A stretch of DNA of 64,000 nt from Syntrophorhabdaceae bacterium (lineage in GTDB: Bacteria; Desulfobacterota; Syntrophorhabdia; Syntrophorhabdales; Syntrophorhabdaceae), in NCBI GenBank assembly GCA_963665295.1, contig OY762209.1, positions 2,208,001 to 2,272,000 on the forward strand. Reading direction: 5' to 3'. The position numbers were made by a program, and so were the translations under genes. Of this stretch, positions 58,535-64,000 are shown in pieces; position 1 is the stretch's first letter; every line of letters starts with the position of its first letter. Under the pieces are notes generated by a model, which saw only the letters and a program-made list of their open reading frames with translations, had not been told where the DNA came from and made no database searches.

Positions 58535-59164
58535 GGGCCGGCGTGTCGGCTCGATGCCGGCTTTACCGGCGAGGCGGACCAGATCTGCAATCGAGTCGAC
58601 GCGAAGTTTCTCCATGATGTTGTGGCGATGGATCTTAACGGTTTTTTCCGCAATGTTCAGTTTATAGGCAATCTGTTTATTCAACATGCCGGCGATGACG
58701 CAAGGGAGGATTTCCCGTTCTCTCGGAGTGAGTTGTTCCATACGCTTTCGGATGTCGTAGGTTTCAGCACGCCCTTGCCTTATTTCTCTATCCTTTTCAA
58801 GGGCCGCCTTTACCGCTTCCAACATGTCTTTGTCGTCAAAGGGCTTGGTAAGGAAATCGACTGCGCCCCTTTTCATGGCCTGCACGCTCGTGGGAATATC
58901 GCCGTGACCGGTAATGAATATTATGGGCATGGAGTAATCTATCCCGGCAAGGGCTTTCTGTAGATCCAACCCGCTCAAACCCGGCATCTGCACGTCGAGA
59001 ACGATGCAGCCCGTTCCGTCGAAGTTGTCCCTTTCCATAAACTCGCCCGCAGAAGCGAAGGTCTCTACGGCGAACCCCATAGAGTTAAGAAGCCTGGAGA
59101 GGCTCTTGCGGATAGAAATGTTATCGTCGATAACGAAAATGGTGGGTTTCTCTCCGGTTGTCAC
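58529..59164 (-). CDS. FixJ-like response regulator (REC + LuxR HTH)
   Basis: LDVQMPG, ITGHGDIP, LTPRERE...NKQIA...TVKIHR. Confidence 0.92.
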   Translation of the reverse strand: MTTGEKPTIFVIDDNISIRKSLSRLLNSMGFAVETFASAGEFMERDNFDGTGCIVLDVQMPGLSGLDLQKALAGIDYSMPIIFITGHGDIPTSVQAMKRGAVDFLTKPFDDKDMLEAVKAALEKDREIRQGRAETYDIRKRMEQLTPREREILPCVIAGMLNKQIAYKLNIAEKTVKIHRHNIMEKLRVDSIADLVRLAGKAGIEPTRRPL

Positions 59165-62079
59165 AGTCTCCCTCCTGGCGGCAGATCAAAATAGAACGTA
59201 GCGCCGCCTCCCGGATTATTTTCAACCCCGATGTGACCCCCATGGGCTTCGATGATGGAACGGCTGAGGGAAAGTCCCATGCCTAATCCGTTGGGCTTTG
59301 TGGTAAAAAAGGGATCAAATATGCTGTCAAGGTCTTTGGCATCTATGCCGGTCCCGAAGTCGCGGACAGTCACCTCCACTGCCCCGCCGGTGATTTTCCG
59401 CGCTCCCACCACGACTTTTCTGTTCTCCACCGAATCCTGTGGTATGGACTCCAGCGCATTGGTCATTAAATTGACCACCACCTGTTTTATCTGCACCTTG
59501 TCTATGCTGACCTCGGGTAATTCACGACCGAAATCAGTCTCGACTCTTATGTTCCGGATTATGGCCTCGCTGTTCAGGAGAGAGACGGCTTCATTGAGGA
59601 CGTGATCGACGGGAACCAGTTCCAGTCGTCCTTCGTCAGGTTTGACCATCGACCTCAAACTCCGTATGATATCGCCCGCCCTTTTATCGTCGTCGGCAAT
59701 GTCCTGCAATATTTCTCTCAGTTCCGCCGTATCAAGGGTGCCTGCGTCCAGAAACCGGACCGCGGCTCTGGCGTTGCTCAGGATTGACGTGAGAGGCTGA
59801 CTCAGTTCGTGGGCCAGAGAGGCGGTTAACTCCCCCATGCGAAGAAGCCGGTCCATGCGGAGCATTTCCCTCCGTTGGCCGAACACCTCCGCCTCCTCTT
59901 TTCTGCGTTCCGTAATGTCTTTAACCATATGAATAATCCGTGTTACATCCCCTGTGTCGTCAAATATCGGAGTTGCCGAGACGAGGAGCCACAGGCTCCG
60001 TTCTTCATCCCAGAACTTAACCTCCTCGTATCCTTTTGTTTTCATCATCGCAATGACGGGACACACCCTGACAGGCTTGCTTGTTCCGTGCATCAGGGAA
60101 TGGCAACTTTTGCCAAGAATGTCCTCCAGGGGGAGCTTCAGGAAGGCAAGGGTCGCGGCATTAACGTTGACAATCCCACAATCCCGGTCGAGAATCATCA
60201 CCATGTCCGGAATGGAGTCGAAAGTAACCTGCCATTCCCTCGCCGCCAGTCGGATCTTCTCTATCATCCGCTTTCGCTCGGTTATGTCCTTTCCAAAAAC
60301 AGAAATACCGAATACTTCTCCCGATCGCTTCAACAGGTTAAAAGAAAGGAGAAGAGTCCTGGTGCCGGAGCATACTGCATATTCCGTGGTGAAAGGTCCT
60401 TCTCGCAGGGCCCGCAGATAAAATTGACGCCATCTTTCCGCGACGGCTGGGGTGAACGCCCCCTCCACCATATCCTCCGGAGCCATGCCCGGTACAAGAT
60501 GGAGTCCGACACTGCCGAGAAAATAGTCCCTGAGGGCAGAATTGAAGGTAAGGAGACCGAACCTCCCCACATCCACGGACCAGATCATATCGTCCGTGCC
60601 CTCCACAAGCACTGCAACTGTGGACTGGGCCTCGGCAGCGACCTTTTCAGCCTCTTTGCGCTCGGTGATATCCATGGTCGCGCCCATCAGATGTTCCGGT
60701 ATCCCGGAAGCACTCAGGTATCCGCGGCCGCGGGAGCTCAGCCAACGAATACTGCCATCCCGACGGAAGATGCGGTATTCGTTAAGGTAACTCTCCCCCG
60801 AAATCAGAGATTGTTCCACGACGGAGCGGACTTTTTCCCGGTCGTCAGGGTGGCAAAGGGCGAAAACCTTATTTATGTCCACCTCTTCGTCGGCTTCGAA
60901 ACCAAACAGCTCCAGAGCCTTCTCCGTGGCCAGTATACGGCCCGTGTCGGCGTGTAAGACCCACAATCCCGCTCCCGCGGATGCCGCAGCCAGACTCAGG
61001 CGTTCCTCGCTTTCGCGCAAAGCCAGTTCAGACCGTTTCCGGGTCAGAGCGTTGCCGATTACCTGTGCCACAAGTTGCAGCCGTTTCACCAACTCCTCCG
61101 TCCATGGACGTTCTTCCCGCATCATACTGAAATTCAACGCGCCGACGAAGGGCTCGTTCCCTGCCGATAGGGGAAAGGTCAAAATGGACTTGACGCCATA
61201 GTAACGCCACATTTCGCGATCACGGTCCGCCTCGGGAGGTGCTTCTTCCGTGGAAATGGCAATTATCCGGTTCTCCGTCATTTGTTTCAGACTCCAGGGG
61301 AACATATCCTCGGCGCCGGCCCCCTCGGGGAGAGGAGGACCTTCCACGGGACGATGCAGGTGGGTTATAGCCAGGAAGGCCTTGTTCCCTGCCGTCCATT
61401 GCCAGAGGGTCGCAACGTCAAGGTCAAGGTGTTCACAGACCCTTTTCAGGGCGTCATCGATCTCCTCGTCTACCCGGTCGCCGGGGAGATTAACAAAGCG
61501 GCCCGAAAGGTCTGCGAGGAGGGTTTCGAACCGCAAACGCTTCTCCAACTCCAACCGGTCTCGTGCCCGTCCCATGGCGCTTGCGAATATCTTTCCCAAA
61601 AGGCCCAATCGCGGGATGTACTTGATGGGCCAGGCCCTTTCGCCCCGAACTGCATGGATGCCCATAATGGAATCGAGGCGTTCGTCAAGTACTATGGGTA
61701 TGTTGATGCCTGACCGGATGCCCCACTTCCCGAAACTTTCCACATCGGTTCCGGCCTCGGCGGGAAGGTCTTCGAGGGTCGTAAAAAATGAGGTCTCCCG
61801 CTCGTCCACGATCCTTTTGTAGGTCCATGGGAATAGGGAAATGGGGAGGTCGGTTCTGACGGGCAGAGGGGGGACCCCATCCGCAACAACGCCATGGGTG
61901 ATGTACCAGGAGTCATTGTCCGGTGAAACCTTTAAGAAACCGCAGCGATCAACCGAAAAAAATTCGAGCACGCGCCGCAACGCATGCTCAATCTCCTGGT
62001 CTACCTGGCCGGGAGAGACATCAACGAACCGGACTGAGATCTCCGACAGCAATTGTTCAAACCTGAGTTGCTCTTTCAT
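59161..62079 (-). CDS. Cytoplasmic FixL-like histidine kinase (2 GAF + 3 PAS + HisKA + HATPase)
   Basis: Tandem LRFE.LL..S.RFV GAF repeats; PAS HPDDR; LAHELSQPL; GLGMGLSLSRSIIEAHGG. Confidence 0.9.
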   Translation of the reverse strand: MKEQLRFEQLLSEISVRFVDVSPGQVDQEIEHALRRVLEFFSVDRCGFLKVSPDNDSWYITHGVVADGVPPLPVRTDLPISLFPWTYKRIVDERETSFFTTLEDLPAEAGTDVESFGKWGIRSGINIPIVLDERLDSIMGIHAVRGERAWPIKYIPRLGLLGKIFASAMGRARDRLELEKRLRFETLLADLSGRFVNLPGDRVDEEIDDALKRVCEHLDLDVATLWQWTAGNKAFLAITHLHRPVEGPPLPEGAGAEDMFPWSLKQMTENRIIAISTEEAPPEADRDREMWRYYGVKSILTFPLSAGNEPFVGALNFSMMREERPWTEELVKRLQLVAQVIGNALTRKRSELALRESEERLSLAAASAGAGLWVLHADTGRILATEKALELFGFEADEEVDINKVFALCHPDDREKVRSVVEQSLISGESYLNEYRIFRRDGSIRWLSSRGRGYLSASGIPEHLMGATMDITERKEAEKVAAEAQSTVAVLVEGTDDMIWSVDVGRFGLLTFNSALRDYFLGSVGLHLVPGMAPEDMVEGAFTPAVAERWRQFYLRALREGPFTTEYAVCSGTRTLLLSFNLLKRSGEVFGISVFGKDITERKRMIEKIRLAAREWQVTFDSIPDMVMILDRDCGIVNVNAATLAFLKLPLEDILGKSCHSLMHGTSKPVRVCPVIAMMKTKGYEEVKFWDEERSLWLLVSATPIFDDTGDVTRIIHMVKDITERRKEEAEVFGQRREMLRMDRLLRMGELTASLAHELSQPLTSILSNARAAVRFLDAGTLDTAELREILQDIADDDKRAGDIIRSLRSMVKPDEGRLELVPVDHVLNEAVSLLNSEAIIRNIRVETDFGRELPEVSIDKVQIKQVVVNLMTNALESIPQDSVENRKVVVGARKITGGAVEVTVRDFGTGIDAKDLDSIFDPFFTTKPNGLGMGLSLSRSIIEAHGGHIGVENNPGGGATFYFDLPPGGRL

Positions 62080-62578
62080 TATAGCCTTTGTCGGCCTCCT
62101 GCGCGTTCTTCACAACCAGGACTCTGTCGTAATGACAGCCCTGCGAGCCGGCCGATAACCGGCCCGAGAGGGGATGATAACGGAATTATATTATCCGATG
62201 CCCCTACTCGTCAATATTACACTATGATTCGTTTCATTACGCTATTGAGGTTGAATGCCCGTCCCATGACCGGAATATGGGGGAAGGGGAAGGGGGCCAA
62301 CGAGGTTTTTGTCATTATTTCTGATGGGGGATTAACAATGCCGTTCTACTCGTCAATGGTTCACGGAAGATTTGTTCGCATGCCCGGACGGGCCGTAGAA
62401 TTCGGTTTCAACAGTGCGGTAATTCCCGTTCCGGATCCGGGGTGGGGCACGTTTACCGAGGCAGATGATGCGCAGATCAGCCTTTCGTATAGGCCGTTTC
62501 TTCGTCGGGCGCTATCCGGGCAGCACCCGGTTCTTCTATGAACCGGCGGGTTCGATCGATGCCCGCCTGCGCCTTCGC

Positions 62579-63151
62579 CTATGCAGGGGCGTGCGCGGTC
62601 TTTCGCGGGAAGACGAATTTTATCACAATGAGGAAAAAGCCGATCAAGAGGCTGCACACCCCCACCATAGCGGTGAAGAATTGCATCTCGGGAAGGAAAT
62701 AGGTCAATATCGCCCCGAATACGACTGCCACAATACCCATTACCGCTACGACCCTGTTCCACTCCGGCTCCTTGAGAAACCTTATGGCGAGAATCTGGAA
62801 CATTCCGGTGATCAGAAATCTTCCGATGATAAGGTAGGGAAGCAGAATACTTCCAGTATGAACGATCAGAGCGCCAAAGACCACGGGACCTATGAACGTC
62901 AGGCCGGCTATAACCAAAGAGGTAACGCCATCGGCCCTGAAAATCCAGTTTCCTCGGTTCTTCGCCCTGAAGCTGAAGACCAATGCGAGGAGGCCATCGA
63001 TGAAGGTAAAAAGGAAAAAGCTCAGTCCGAGGAAACCCTGATCCGACATGGCCCACTCGAGAACGGCGCAGCCGAACAAGAAAGACGTCGCCCCCCGAAA
63101 CAGGAAAAACTGATTGAAAATGTTCCCTCTCTTACCTGCTGTCGGCGCCAT
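62579..63151 (-). CDS. HdeD/DUF308-like membrane protein
   Basis: Six hydrophobic segments with RG...FG and DG motifs; AAGGAG RBS supports a start at 63151. Confidence 0.65.
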   Translation of the reverse strand: MAPTAGKRGNIFNQFFLFRGATSFLFGCAVLEWAMSDQGFLGLSFFLFTFIDGLLALVFSFRAKNRGNWIFRADGVTSLVIAGLTFIGPVVFGALIVHTGSILLPYLIIGRFLITGMFQILAIRFLKEPEWNRVVAVMGIVAVVFGAILTYFLPEMQFFTAMVGVCSLLIGFFLIVIKFVFPRKTAHAPA

Positions 63152-63349
63152 GCTCATTCTCCTTTCCAATTCTGCGATGTTGAATATGCCGGCTCATCTG
63201 CCTGGAATATTGGAGCTTCTCGTCCCTTGAGAGCGGCCTGCTCCGGCTCAACCGCCGGAACATCGACACAACCATCGGCAACGCGTTGCCTCTTCTCCCT
63301 TCACGATACCTCGAATAATAATAATAATAGTTAATTGAGACTATTCATA

Positions 63350-63365
63350 TAGGACTTTGGTCCTA
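63350..63365. promoter_or_regulatory. Palindromic operator (copy 2)
   Basis: TAGGAC-TTTG-GTCCTA. Confidence 0.7.
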
Positions 63366-64000
63366 GTGTCACATCACACTTGTAATGTCGTATAGTATGA
63401 TATAGAATCTCCTCAAGGGTTAAATTTCACCATGGGGAGGTCCGAATGATAAAATATAGGGTGGTGCTCGAAAAAGAAGAGCGAAAGGAACTTGAAGGCG
63501 TGGTGCAAAAAGGAAATCATAAAGCCCAAAAGGTGCTCAATGCGCTGGTTCTTCTCAATTGCGATCAGGGCCGGTTCCAGGACCACCCGATGAAGAACGA
63601 GGATATATCGGCAGTGTTGCGAATCAGCATGCGTAAGATAGATAGAGTAAAAAAGCGATTCGTGGAAGAAGGACTTGAGACTGCCCTTACCGGACACAAA
63701 GCAGAGCGAGTCTACGAGAAGAAGGCGGATGGCGATTTCGAGGCCCACCTCATTGCCTTGAGCTGTAGCGAACCACCAGAAGGTTTTGCGAGGTGGACCT
63801 TGCGTATGCTCGCGAACCGGGCCGTAGCGCTCAATTATATCGAGAATATCTCCTATGAAACCGTGCGTCGGGTTTTAAAAAAACGAAACAAAACCCTGGA
63901 AGCAGCAAGGATGGGTCATTCCACCGGAGGGCAATGCTGATTTCGTCGCCGCCATGGAGAACGTACTCGATGTATATAAACGCCCGTATGATAAAAGATT
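63364..64000 (+). mobile_element. IS630-family element, 5' part, with split (programmed -1 frameshift) transposase starting at 63446
   Basis: HTH ORF ...PPEGFARWTLRMLA...ISYETVRRVLKK; after the A7 tract at 63877-63883 the -1 frame reads NETKPW..WVIPP..NADFVAAMENVLDVYKRPYD; left end inferred at the TA of CTAG. Confidence 0.87.

Noticed and set aside
63314..63329. (AAT)5 run as a functional microsatellite
   Set aside because: It is short and explained as the AT-rich -10 region of the minus-strand promoter
1..64000. Composite transposon bounded by the two IS630 elements
   Set aside because: The elements look like different IS630 subgroups, share only CTAGTGT at their ends, and flank ordinary chromosomal genes

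Overview
64-kb, GC-rich bacterial chromosomal window. Gene content and style suggest an anaerobic, aromatic-degrading Desulfobacterota such as a Syntrophorhabdus-like organism (inference). Partial, non-identical IS630-family elements lie at both ends. In order it contains: a sigma28-driven orphan flagellin with an internal domain duplication; a DnaQ/GIY-YIG fusion next to a divergent lexA / imuB-DUF6504-dnaE2 mutagenesis cassette with GAAC-N4-GTTC SOS boxes; a sigma54-driven Tat flavocytochrome c, 7-heme cytochrome c and tatA operon whose activator gene is frameshifted; LemA/TPM genes; a GH13 amylase; a eukaryote-like nicotinate phosphoribosyltransferase; two benzoate-CoA-ligase paralogs around a sigma54 two-component system plus an aromatic-acid MFS transporter; a tandem structured repeat abutting a Pif1-WYL helicase and a UvrD helicase; and a ~15.5-kb minus-strand block (FixLJ-like two-component system, Ser-type sulfatase, DUF1254, decayed sulfatase maturase, FadL, DUF3313, MCE/Mla ABC system). 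The strongest signals not explained by gene calls are three shared cis-regulatory architectures. One sigma54 enhancer links a TerC + Cache pair to both CoA ligases. A TAGGAC-N4-GTCCTA operator occurs twice. One sigma28 promoter type links flagellin to a hypothetical protein. Several genes also appear leaderless. No rRNA, tRNA or CRISPR array was recognised. All family assignments come from motif recognition by eye, not database searches.
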